Shown here piece by piece: positions 1-12,585 of a stretch of 64,000 bases of DNA. The stretch comes from Octopus sinensis (taxonomy: Eukaryota): the NCBI RefSeq assembly GCF_006345805.1, contig NC_042997.1, positions 85,560,001 to 85,624,000 of the forward strand, read 5' to 3'. The first letter of the stretch is position 1. The number at the start of each line of letters is the position of its first letter. The notes beneath the pieces were generated by a model. The model saw only the letters and a program-made list of their open reading frames with translations. It was not told the DNA's origin and searched no databases. A program made the translations under genes and the position numbers.

Positions 1-158
1 TTAGCTTAGCATTGGTAAAAATTCAGATGAGAAATCAATCTCATATTTAGATAATAAATACAGGAAAAGAAAGAACATTATAATAGCAAAGATCAAAAAT
101 ATTAATAAAATGCTTATACATGCACAGAGACAGTTAATATTCAGTTAATATTATACAT

Positions 159-630
159 GCAGGTGTGGCTGTGTGGTAAGAAGCCTACTTCCCAACTACA
201 TGGTTCTGGATTCAGTCCTATAACGTGGCACTTTGGGCAAGTATCTTTTACTATAGTCTTGGGCCAACAAAACCCCTGTGAGTGGATTTGTTAGACAGAC
301 ACTGAAAGAAGCTTGTCGTATGTATTTATGTGTGTATATGTGTGTGTGTGTGCGTGTGTGTGCGCGCGTGTGTGTGTGTGTATGTATCTATGCATGTGTG
401 TCTTAGTGTCTGTGTTTGTCCCCCACCAGTACAAGTACAAGACACCCAGTGTTGGTGTATTTATGTACCTGTAACTTAGTGGTTCAGCAAAAGAGATCAA
501 TAAAATAAATACCAGACTTTTAAAAAAAAATGTTCTGGAGGTCAATTCAATTCAGCTAAAAATGTTTCAAGGTGGTGCCTCAGCATAACCACAGTCTAAT
601 GACTGAAACAAGTAAAAGATAAAAGAAAAG
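159..630 (+). mobile_element. tRNA-derived SINE family A (octopus OR-type, CORE-like), near full length
   Basis: Pol III A-box-like GTGGCTGTGTGG, B-box-like GGATTCAGTCC, CORE-like CTTTGGGCAAGT, internal (TG)n tract, 3' end GACTGAAACAAGTAAAAGATAAAAG. About 20 related copies are in the window. Confidence 0.85.
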
Positions 631-1734
631 ATTCAGAAAGATGTAGAACATTAATTATATGAAGCAAAGACAGTACTTTTATATGATCCTTTAGCCTGCT
701 AGAAAAATCAACCGAATCTTCCTCACATTACACCTTGCTGTCTTAGAAAAATCACTTTGGATAATGTGGCTTGGATGGCATGTGGGATTTTATAGTCATG
801 ACTGGGATACCTTTGATCAAAAGGTCTATCATTCATTACATTACTAGGAGTAAATAGCAACAATAATATCGATTATGAAATATCATTTGCAGAAAAGGTT
901 TTAGATCCTTCCTATCAAAAACAGCACTTCATTGAAAACTCTGCTGGATAAAACACATGCTAGTTAATAAATGATATCAAAATACCATGCTAAGTCTTAG
1001 AACAAAACTGAAACAATTTCATTAATATAATATATATAACAGAAACAATATACAGTAAAAATATACAAAAAAACAACTAACATGTAAAATGTATTACATG
1101 AACCAAATCCACCTTGGTCTATAGGATAAATGTGCAAGTCTTTGAAAATTTCATAAAACAACACACAGCATGCCTTACACATAATTATAATATAGCATGA
1201 ATAATATATGTTATGCAATGAAACAAAAATTTTTAAAAATCACCCATGGACATCAGCAATGAATAAGCCTGAATGCTAATGAAAATATTTCAGGTGACTA
1301 ATGTAATTATTCATTTGAAGTTTATTGTGAGTTAATAAATTAATAAATTCAGATAAAAACATGAAAGTTTATTCTTCGTGACTCTAACCGTTACATTTGA
1401 TAAACACGTAATACCATCCCTCACTAGCTGACAATGCAGATACATAGATCCTTCTAATATTTTGCATTACATAATGCAAAACAAAACTAAATAGAAAAAC
1501 AACTATCTCATCTGCAATATGAAAAAATAAAAAAAGGCAGATTGGTCATGATATTTTTATATTTCTATATGGCTGCCATGTAGTTTTTTTTTCTTTTCAT
1601 TTTCAAGGTTTCTGTGATAAATTCAATAAGCTCTGATGAAAACTTGAGAAAATTTAAGAATTTCAGTTTATATTTTTATTCATTGCATCTAAGAACATGT
1701 AAGTGTGTGTGTGAGTGTGTGAGTGTGTTTACAC

Positions 1735-2620
1735 AGGGTGTCCCAAAATTAAGGCAACCAACTCTTTTCAATTTTGTCGAAGCAAAATATTATATTTTGG
1801 GTCTGAGTATTGCAAAGCAATGATAAAGGAAACATAATTACGACACTACCACATTTATTCTAAATGATCACCTCTGTTTCAAATCACAGCCTTAAGTCTA
1901 GATGCGAATGCTTCACACATGGCATGCAGCTGTTCTTGTGGAATCAAAAAACATTCTTGGCACAGTTTTGCCTCCAGAGTAACAAGCAAAGAATGACGAG
2001 TGCTCAAGATTGTCATCTCCAAAATGGACCATACAGAAAAATCCAACAACATAAGGGCTTCTTGAAGGGCATACAAGAATGATGAAATGTTTTTCTGAAT
2101 CCAGTGTTGTGTCTGTTTGGAGCTGTGGAATGATGCTGAGTCCTGTTGGAGGTTCCAAGGTGCACCAAATTGCCAAGTCCTGTTGGAAATTTAAGGTGTT
2201 CCAAAGTGCACATTCACCCATGGAAGCTGTTCAGCTTCTAGAATTTCACTATTGTATCACTGGGTATTAATTAATAACATCCAAGGACACAAAAATGAGG
2301 GGAGACCTTCCAGTGGCTGTCACACTGCACAAACCATAATTGGCTGTGGATTTTAACATCGATTCATGTGTCTACCCTCAACAGAGTCAGATACACTACA
2401 AAGTCGGTCATTCTGGTGGTTTACTGTCTGTTTGATGTCAAATTCTTTTCATCAATGAACACCAAGTTGGGCAGCATGCCTTCAGCAATCTGACACAAGA
2501 TAAAACAACTTCTCCCCAGTCTCATGGCCTTATAAACTTGCATGAGCTCATGACAGTGGAGTATCTTGTAGGGTAGGTCTTGAGATCCTCCCTCAGCACT
2601 CAATACATTGATATTCAGCT
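1735..2620 (-). mobile_element. Degenerate Tc1/mariner-superfamily transposon, maT/DD37D-like
   Basis: Terminus CAGGGTGTCCCA near 1734. Minus-strand fragments LVFIDEK, FQQD and LDFSVWSILE...IPQEQLHAMCEAFASRLKAVI match maT-type transposase C-termini. Many frameshifts. Confidence 0.7.
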
Positions 2621-2749
2621 TATTTTTGCTGTGGCAAATAACAAATAAAATACAGTACTAGTGTGGTAAACATTACCAACTGCACATACTGCGTGTGATT
2701 TGTTTGTTCATCAGTTTACAGCAGCATAGCATGTGGGAGACACTTCACT

Positions 2750-3258
2750 CATTTCCATCTTTCCTTTAACTTGAAAATACCCTCTTCCCAGAATTGAGGT
2801 GGTTTCATGCCAATTCTCAGGTTGTGCAATGTGGGTTATTGTCAATTAATGACTTGATTTGGTCATCATCTGTAGTGGATGATCTGCCTGATCACTCTTT
2901 ATCAATAAGGCTACAATCTCCAGCTCGGAACCTTGCGAACCACTTCCGTACAGTTCTTTCGGATGAAGAAACATCACTGTAAACTGCACATATTTCTTTG
3001 GTTGCAAGGCATTTTTCCCTTTACGGAAAAAAGAAAAGCATCAAGTGCTGAAAATGAACTTTTTTATCTTTCATTTTAAAGAGTTACAGAATAAACACCT
3101 GTTATATGAACATAAACCTTCTTCCACGAAAAGATAGCTTAAACTGTGCTCTAAATGGAGGTGTAGTCAAATCCTATTTTATGAACTCAACCATGTTCTA
3201 AAATAAGTCGAAAGGTAAGCTACTATAAATCGGCTTGAACTTTCCGGACAACCCAATA
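2750..3258 (-). mobile_element. Internally deleted mariner, same family as 25496-26684
   Basis: Nearly identical to about 25520-25580 joined to 26241-26684. Ends in TIR ...TTTCCGGACAACCCAA followed by TA. Confidence 0.85.
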
Positions 3259-4192
3259 TAATGGACTTTCTCATCAAAGACAACGTATGAGCATTCAGCT
3301 TTTTGGCAAATGACCTGTACAAATGATTTATTTATAGTTTCTTTCCATTGTACACCTATCAACATTTTTGTAAATAAAAAAACAGAAAGGAGAAAGAAAA
3401 TAAGAAAAATGCTTTGTAATGAAATTTCAATAAGTTGACCACATTAAATTGAAAAGAAACTTCTCTCTCTCTCTCCTTCTCTGTATGTATGTATCTATTT
3501 ATCTATCTACCCTTTTCCATCCTTTATTATTATTTTTTCTCCTCTTTCTTGATTGCCCTGAAACCTCTCTCTCTGTCTATCCCCCCTTTGATTTTCTTTC
3601 TCTTTCTCTCAACCTTTTTCCAAAGCCACAGAAACAATATTCTCCTCTTCTAAACAAAGTAAAAAAGCATCCAATTCATATAAATGAACACGTTCTGTTT
3701 TTACCATTTTTATTCTGATTTTGTCTTGATGAGTTTGAAAAACCAATGGAAGCGCTAATAAAGGATTATCCAAAATTCTAACTGCTTTCTTTTTCTCAAT
3801 ATATATATATACGTATGTATGTACATGTGTACGTATGTATGCAATGGACTTCTTTCAGTCTCCATCTCCCAAATCCAATCACAGGGTTGTGACTACACTG
3901 GGTACTACTGTAGAAGACACTTATCCATGGTTCCATGCTGTGGGACTGAACTCAGAACCATGTGGCTGGAAAGCAAACTTCTTACCACACAGCCACACCT
4001 ATTTTTACATATAAAAGATTTTAACGATAAATTTCTGTTGAAAGTAAGATGTATGTTATGTCATCACAGAAAAGGAAATCTTGTTATTTGTTACAAGAAT
4101 AGCCTTGTGTTTGTTTACTAGGTGACAGCTTATAGATTTCTGTTTAATTTTTGTTTTTGTTTTTCTTTCCGTTGTTCTTGCTTGTTTCATAG

Positions 4193-4249
4193 GAATTATT
4201 GGATGACATTGGAAGTGAAGAACTATCTAATGAGAGTCATGTTGTGTGA
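4193..4249 (+). CDS. Candidate terminal coding exon of an unidentified host gene (ELLDDIGSEELSNESHVV*)
   Basis: Long pyrimidine tract 4141-4190 ends in CATAG. The phase-0 frame is open to TGA and is followed by non-repetitive AT-rich sequence with AATAAA motifs. No upstream exon is visible. Confidence 0.35.
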   Translation, partial: ELLDDIGSEELSNESHVV

Positions 4250-5191
4250 TCTGTAACACAAAAAAAAATCCCAAAAAGACAGACTGGATAAAACCAGAAA
4301 AGAATATTATATGTTATGTTAGAAATACCAAAATGTAGAAGAAAATAAAAATAAAACAAAACAAAACAAAGAAAGAATATTCTAATTACACTAACTTTGG
4401 TTATTCTTTGGTATTCTTGGAGCTATGATGGGATGTTATGGAAATTATGGCTTTTACGACAATATATTCCCATCTGACTTTAATGTAAGCTATACTTTTT
4501 GTTTTTGTTCTTTGTAGCTTTTTGTCTTGCAGTTTATAATTAAATTACAGTGCCATCATTCTGAATTTGCAATCGATATTTCTGAAAGAAGATGTCATGA
4601 ACACGCTAATGTAATTTGAAGTAAATTGCTATGGAGGTACAAACAAAACTTGGTAAATGTACACAATGAATGATGGAGTAGGTTTAAAATTATTTCAGTG
4701 ACTTCATTTCATTATAGTGTTCACTTTGTGTGGGGATGGAGAGGATGCATGTGTGTGCATGTGTTTGTGTGTGCATATGTGTGTATTTGTGTGTATGTAT
4801 GTGTGCTTTTGTGTGAGAGTGTGTGTGTGTGTTTATTTATTTATTTCTATTTTCATTTTTTGACATAATTCTATTTTCAGTAGTACAATAATAGTAGACA
4901 AAATAATAGAATTAATGGTAAAAATAAGTCTTTGAGGATAGTGGAATGAAAGGTAGATTTCCAAAGGGAGCAAATAAATAAAGCAATAAAATGCTTATAG
5001 AATTTTTGCAGAACTAATTCTTTGAAGAATTTGCTCATTTTCAGAAGATAGGCAGAAAATTTTAGATTACAAATGTATTCTCATATACTTACCTGTCTTT
5101 TTTTCTTGCCAGCCTGCTTGTCTGTCAGTCTTTCTGTCTGTCTGTCTGTCTCTCTGTCTATCTATCTATCGATCGATCAATCTGTGTGACT

Positions 5192-5228
<37 letters not shown>

Positions 5229-5338
5229 AATGCATGTATGTTTGTATAAAAATATGGTATATTTATGTATATATTTGTGTGTGTGGTGTGTGTATACATA
5301 CATTTATATAAATATTTATGTATGTATATCTATCTATC

Positions 5339-5401
<63 letters not shown>

Positions 5402-5579
5402 CTATATATAGTCATATACCAATTTACCAATATATGTATTCACTTAAAGTTGTTCCCAAATGAATGGACCCACCTCACCCCACTTTCAAAACATCAAAGA
5501 TAGAGAAAGCTCTTTTCTTGGAGAATATATTTCCCATAAGTATTGCATGATGTATGTATTTAAAGAAATGTGAAGAATC

Positions 5580-5614
<35 letters not shown>

Positions 5615-6194
5615 AAAGGAAATCACAGTCTCAGTACTGAATGGTTAAGTTATGGTAAGTTTGTTTTTGTTTAGCTTCCAGTGAGCTCTGAATGATCTCA
5701 CCTAAGATCAACGACATTCCAGCCATGACCATTCCTAAGACTTTTGGAAACATTATTGTGTTGTAAGGCACATATTGCTCTTACTTCAAGATGCAATCTA
5801 AACTTTGGGTTACAGGAACCAGCAAAACTTAGCAGACATATCCTCATGTGCCCTCTATCCTAGCTTCTGGCTTTTTTAGGACTACTCCCCCTAAAATGAT
5901 CCCCAAAATATGTCTGTCAAGGTCGATGCCCCAGCAAAGAAAGAGACTGTTTGAGCTACCTGCTTCTTGATGTGACGTCACTTCCCCTCGCTTCCTGTCC
6001 CCTTGTCCTTGTCCACACCTTCATTCCTCCACAACCACTAATTTGTCCTTTCTCTTTTAAAACAGTAGTGTTTATGTGAGGAAGATTTGGCTATTGTTGA
6101 AGCTCTTTCTTGCTGATTTTTATTGTATATGGAAAACAAAAGTGGTTAAGGGAATTAGACAGTTAGACAACCACAACCAGATAATATGGATGGT

Positions 6195-7320
6195 GCTGTC
6201 TTTTCATCCGATGTCACTTTCAAACATGTTTTCATCCATGTCTTTTGGTCCGATGTCTTCTTGTCCGATGATTTTTTTGTCCAACAACTTTTTGTCCAAT
6301 TTTAAATAAACTCTTTGGAAAACATAGTGAAATATCTCTAATGATATATTCACAGAACTATAACTATAACTGTTAACAGTTTTACTTTCACTTTTTCCAT
6401 CTCTCTCTTAAATATGATGCTGTGTATAGAGAGTGCTGCAAACTTAATGCATATCCACTTGAACTCATGGCAGATTTCAAAGTTACAGTTCACGAGGCAT
6501 ATAATTCATCATTCTTTAATTCATCTATCATGGCATGTTTGTTTCATTTGAGCCAATCAGTATTTTGAAAAATTACAGATTTAGGCCTCAAAGAACAATA
6601 CAATAAATTCTGTCTTAAAATTTGGTGTTTTTGAAGCATTAGCCTGCCTACCCATTGGGAGTGTGAAAGAGGCCTATGAAGAATTAATAGACAATGAAGA
6701 AATACCTGTTCAATTCATTGCTTACTTCAACTTGACTTACATAGGCATTGTGAGAGGACATGGTGCTAGACGAAGGAGAAAACCACCTACATTCCTGATA
6801 GCTGTATGGAATGTTAATCAGTAAATTCTTCAAGATCTTCCCAGAACAAATATTGCTGCTGAGGGGTTCAATTCTGTGATAAAGCATTCAGCAGGTGGAG
6901 CACATTTGAATTTTTGGAAATTAATCAAAACTCTAAGGAAGAGGAAGAGTTCATTAAAGTAAAGTGACTCAAATTCTTCGATGAGACCCATCAGTTTCAT
7001 GAACACAATATCAAAGAATAATTGAACACCTCATAAGATTGGTCATTGAATACGGGTCAACAAGAAAAACTGATATTTTGAAAAGTGTGGCATATAATTT
7101 GCATCAATTTTAAGTGATCATAATAAATCATTAGTTATATCTTATTACTTTTTTAAAATGACATTTTTTAAATACATTTTTCCATAATAAATTCTCAATG
7201 ATTATTTGACTTTGATGTTCTCTTGTTTTCTAAAGAGTTTATTTAGAATTGAACAAAAGTCAATGGACAAAAAAATCATCAGACAAAAAGACATCGGACC
7301 AAAAGACATGGATGAAAAGA
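6195..7320 (+). mobile_element. Internally deleted MULE (Mutator/Phantom-like) DNA transposon
   Basis: TIRs of about 95 bp (6229-6324 vs 7224-7318) built of TTTT(C/G)(A/G)TCC-like repeats. Internal fragments ACLFHLSQSVF, ALACLP, YFNLTYIG, PPTFLIAVWNV and DLPRTNIAAEGFNS match MULE transposase C-terminal motifs. Confidence 0.85.
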
Positions 7321-7795
7321 GGAGCGTTTTATATTCTTTGATTCCTTTACTAGCTTAATCCAGTGGACAGCAGCACTGCTGTGGCACCACCTTCAGGGAT
7401 TTTGTCAATTATGTCAGTCACAATACATTGTCAGGCACTTATTTTATCCATCTCAGAAATAGGAGACACAAATATCATCATCATCAGCATCATCATCATC
7501 GTCGTCGTCGTCATCATCATCATCATCATCATCATTTTAACATCCACTTTTCTATGCTCACAGAGGTCAGACTGAATAATTTGAAGTGGATTTTTTGATT
7601 GGATGCCCTTCCTGTCACCAACCTCCACTTGTTTCCAAGAAGGTGATGCTTCCATGTGACTAAACATAGCTCAGAAGATTGGAAATGAAGGACACTGCTA
7701 ACATGACAGTAACACATGCTTGCCACTCTCATGTGACGTCAAGGCAAGGACACACACAAACACACACACATGTATATATGCAATATATATATATA

Positions 7796-8930
7796 AAGAA
7801 AATGCACACAGTTTACATAGTTTTAATATATTTTAAATAAAAGAGAATTGTGGTTGTCAACCGGTTTCACTTTCCCTAATCATTATTGTAATTTCATATT
7901 TTCTTAAGAAGGTTTTAGCCCATGTTCTTGTATGAAAGTCTTTGAATGAACCAACAGGTAGAAAAATCTAAGGGGAAGTAACTGGTGATAGTTACTACTT
8001 GGGACAATGGAGGTAATTAGTGATAGTTACAACTTGGGTCAGTGGAGGTAACTTCCCATTCCTGGAGCAGGATAAATGAACATACAAAAAGTCATAAGAT
8101 AAAGTAGTGAGATGAAATATGTACAGTGCTGGATATGTGATCATGAATTAAAATATATACTGAGACCAAAGTTGGTTATGCATTCATATTTAGGTGTGTT
8201 CTGCATTTATCAATAAATAAATTTTCTTTATTTAAAGATTCTTGTACAGATGGGGAAAACTGTGAAATTTGGTTGGTGATTCCCTGCATATCTCTCTATG
8301 TGTTCATGCAAAGGTATTTGTCTATACTTTGGGAAATGGATCTGTTGTTTATGTAGTGTGGTTCTCCATCTAAGAGCCATACTTGTCTGTCCTATATAGT
8401 TATATCTACAACCTGAACAAGTTCTAACATAGATTAAATTCTCAGATGCACAAGTGAAATCGGTCTTAATTGTGAACCTCTCTTCTTGTTTGAATTGGAA
8501 TTCCGAGCCTTCCAGTAGGTTGGGGCATGTCCCAGAGCTTGGACATCCACATTTTTTAACCATTGGTTTCACGATTGCTGTGTAAAGCTTTGCATTTGTC
8601 AGAAGTCTTTTCAGCAATTTGGGCTGCATTTTACATTTGATGAATTTATGTTTTCAGAATGTTGTTCATTTTTGGATCCCTTGTGAGTCTTGGTAGATTT
8701 TGTACAATAGTGTTGTATGCATCATTGTTTCTAGGGTTGTAAGTTGATATATACGGTAGTATTTTGAGATGAGGTGTAGTGTTTCATTTTGTTCCCCTTA
8801 CTGATTTAGTGCCTATTTTCTTGGCACATTTAATTCCAGCATCTATAAATGAGGGTGGATAGTGTCTCTCTGTTAGTGTTGTTCTGAGGTCTTGAAGATG
8901 AAGGTCCCGAGTATTTCCCTCAGACATCAT
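7796..8930 (-). mobile_element. 5'-truncated Penelope-like retroelement (Neptune-type): RT C-terminus, GIY-YIG endonuclease and 3' pseudo-LTR
   Basis: ORF 8228-8629 has NLIYVRTCSGCRYNYIGQT (GIY-YIG) preceded by a Cys-rich linker KKCGCPSSGTCP. Upstream are LTERHYPPSFI and LPYISTYNP. (TA)n flanks both sides. Confidence 0.85.
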
Positions 8931-9082
8931 ATATGTGTATATATATATATATATGTGGGGGGGGGGGGCTTGGTCATTAGAGTCTGACAAGTCACCCAGA
9001 GAGCTAAGTGCTTTATGGATGCAAAACCATTGGTCACTCTATGACCAGACATGTATTTAGCTGCAGGCAGACAGACAGCTAA

Positions 9083-9121
<39 letters not shown>

Positions 9122-9751
9122 TATGAAGGGCTTCTTTCAGTCTCTCTCTGCCAAATCTTTTCTCAAGGCTTTGGCTGGCCTAGAGCTACAGAAGAAGGCA
9201 CTGAACTTGAAAGCCATGTGGTTGGAAAACAAACTTCTTACCATGCAGCCATACTTTCCTCAAAATTATTCTTTAGACACTGAAAGTGTAGTAGCATGTT
9301 ATCTCTCATGAATCACCACTAGTGTAGCTGAATTTTGTGCTGAAGTTTGTGGATACTCTGATTTTAATGTCTTATTCCCCACAGAAAACCCAACATAATG
9401 TCCATCAAAATTGCAACACTAAAAATACTAAATGGGGCAGATCAGCCTACATGTCTCTTCTTTTTTAGCTATGCTGCTGTGGGCCACCACGAGTGGCATA
9501 ACCAATTCTGTTGTTCAGTTTAGGTTTCTTCGCATCAATATCCATAGGAGAATGTTGACAAGGAGATTGTTCCCAAAGGTTACAGTTCTGGGGATGGAAA
9601 AATTTGATGGGGAAAGTGTTTATGAGAGAATTTGAGGGTCGATCCATTGAAATCAATGAAAATTAAAAAGAGAATTTTAACAAGAGCACCTAAAAAGACA
9701 ACGTTTATATCAAAAGAGCCTTAATATCTTTCACAACTATGGAAAAAAGAG

Positions 9752-10270
9752 GGTGATGAAGATGATGGTGATGATGGTGATGTGATGGTGATGATGATGG
9801 TGGTGGTGGTGGTGGTGGTGGTGGTGGTGGTGGTGGCAGCAGAGGTGGAGGTGGTGGCAGCAGTAGCAATGGTAGTGGTGATGAGGATGAGGATGATGAT
9901 GATAATGGTGGTGGTGGTGGTGATGGTGTTGATGGTGGTGGTGGTGTTGGTGGTGGTGATGATGATGATGATGGTGGTGGTGGTCATCATGGTTGCAGTG
10001 GTGGTGGTAGCAGTGATGGTGGTGGTGGTGGTGGTGGTGGTCATAGTGGTTGCAGTGGTGGTAGTGATGGTGGTAGTGGCTGTGGTCATGATGGTGATGA
10101 TGATAATGGTGGTGGTGATGGCGTTTGTGTTGGTAGTGGAGGTCATCATCATCATCATTCCCATTATCATCATCATCAATGTCATAATCATCAGCATCAT
10201 TATTACCATCACTACCATCAACATTATCATCAACAACCACAATATTTTCTAGAATAAAACAAAGCACACA

Positions 10271-10301
<31 letters not shown>

Positions 10302-10842
10302 TACACAGATATCACCCGTTACAAATAACCAAAGACTCTTTGATAAAGAAATTCCGGAAGCTGTCATGTAGAAAATAAAACAAACTCAACAATAAAAAAC
10401 AAAAACGAGGTTTCATACAAACACAAATATAGACAATGCAACACTAAACACAGTGTTAGCAATCATCATCATCATTACCTGAACTATCATCATGATGAAC
10501 ATCATAACAATGTTATCATCATCATCATCATCGTTATCATGAAGGCTTCATCAACATTTTAAGTCATCCTTATCATGGTTGTCACGATCACATTCATCAT
10601 CATCGTCATCGTCATCATCGTCTTTGTCATCACTATCGTCATCATCATCAATGTTGCCATCATAGTTGTCGTTATCATCGTCATCACCATCATCATTATC
10701 ATCATCAATGTCACCATCATTTTTGTCGTTGCCATCATCATCATCATCATCATCATTGTCATCACTATCATCACCATCATCATCATCATCATCATCATCA
10801 TTGTCATCACTATCATCATCATCATCATCGTCGCCACCATTG

Positions 10843-10882
<40 letters not shown>

Positions 10883-11775
10883 TTTCATCATCATCATCAT
10901 GGTCGTTGTCATCATGATGTTCTCTTTCTTCATATTGTCATTATTAAACCTTGGTCAATGCTCTTGCAATCATTGTCATCACCTTCATCATAGTCTTTAC
11001 TATTATCATCGTCATCATTACCATCATCATCATCATCGTTACCATCATTATCAACATCGTCATCATCATCATCATTTTATACTCCCTTCTTCCACTACCT
11101 CTTTCTCCGCCTCCTTATCAATAACGTTTATTCTCTTCCAGTTATAATCATCTTCATCATCATCATCATCATAATCACCAGCAGCATCAGCAGCAGCAGC
11201 AGTCACATTATACCCACCATCATCAACAACATCATCATCAATACGACATTACCATCACCATCATCATCACTATCATCTTCCTTGTCATTGACATTATCAG
11301 CATCACCATCATTATCATCATCACCACCACTACTACCTACTTTCATTTTCATCATCATCACCATCATCATCACCATCATCATCATTATCATCATTGTTTT
11401 TGGCCTCGGCATCATCGTCGTCATTGTCATCATTATCATTACCATCATCACCACCACCACCACATGAAAGTAAGATCAAAACAAAACAATTTGCTGTTCA
11501 AACAAACGCAAACACAACTGCAAATGTAACAGCAAAAAATACAAATCCACCATTCCACTGACTGGTTACAGGGAGGAAGGAAGATTGTGAGGGGGGAGGT
11601 GGTGGTGGTGGTGGTGGTGGTGTAGGAGGAGGAGGAGGAGGAGGAGGGGGTGGGGGTGGGGAAGGAGAGTGGGAGGAGGAGGAGGGGTGGTGAGGGAGAG
11701 TGGGAGGAGGAGGAGGAGGGGTGAGGGAGGTGGGTTTGAGGGAGAGTGGGAGGAGGAGGAGAGGAGGAGGAGGAG
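9752..11775. repeat. About 2 kb compound triplet microsatellite block: (GGT/GAT)n, then (CAT/CAC)n, then (GGT/GGA/GGG)n
   Basis: Directly visible. It is the source of the poly-His/Met/Val/Ile/Pro ORFs. Confidence 0.95.
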
Positions 11776-11911
11776 TGATGCCACTAAAATCAAGGTACTC
11801 AATGGTTCCGGACCAAAACCGAAATGTTCTATCGACTGAGAGACTAAGCAATATGTTTTATTGAATGATATGTTTCAATGGTCTTTAGATCTATAACCCA
11901 TAACAGAACAT

Positions 11912-11949
<38 letters not shown>

Positions 11950-12148
11950 GTGTGTGTGTGTGAATGTATGCATATTTGAGCATATAGTGGTATGATATAT
12001 TGGTATGCGTATTCAAGTGTAAGCAGGTGTGTGCATCTATGTGCTTGATAGTATGTACATATGTACATATGTGTATAAATATATCAATGTATGTACGTGT
12101 GTATGCATGTACATATATATACATACACACACACAAACACATATATAT

Positions 12149-12210
<62 letters not shown>

Positions 12211-12212
12211 GT

Positions 12213-12243
<31 letters not shown>

Positions 12244-12278
12244 CATATGTATACATATATTTGTATATATTTATATAG

Positions 12279-12585
12279 GTGTAGGAATGGCTGTGCGGTA
12301 AGTAGCTTGCTTACCTACCACATGGTTCTGGGTTCAGTCCCACTGTGTGGCACCTTGGGCAAGTGTCTTCTACTATAGCCTCAGACCAACCAAAGCCTTG
12401 TGAGTGGATTTGGTAGATGGAAACTGAAAGAAACCAGTCGTATATATATATATATATATATGTTTGTGTGTCTGTGTTTGTCCCCCCAACATCGCTTGAC
12501 AACCGATGCTGGTCGATTTACTCGACTAAAGGTGGTGCTCCAGCATGGCTGCAGTCAAATGACTGAAACAAATAAACAAATAAAA
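12279..12585 (+). mobile_element. SINE family A, internally deleted
   Basis: Head GGCTGTGCGGTAAGTAGCTTGC...GGTTCAGTCCC, then CCTTGGGCAAGT and tail GACTGAAACAA. Confidence 0.85.

Noticed and set aside
9432-9656. ORFs with RRLFPKVTVLGM (vaguely T-box-like) and MDIDAKKPKL (NLS-like)
   Set aside because: The similarity covers only a few residues, flanking T-box motifs are absent, and no consistent splice sites were found.
9721-11851. Long poly-His, poly-Thr, poly-Val/Ile and poly-Pro ORFs (up to 192 aa)
   Set aside because: These are translations of triplet microsatellites, open in several frames on both strands with no unique coding sequence.
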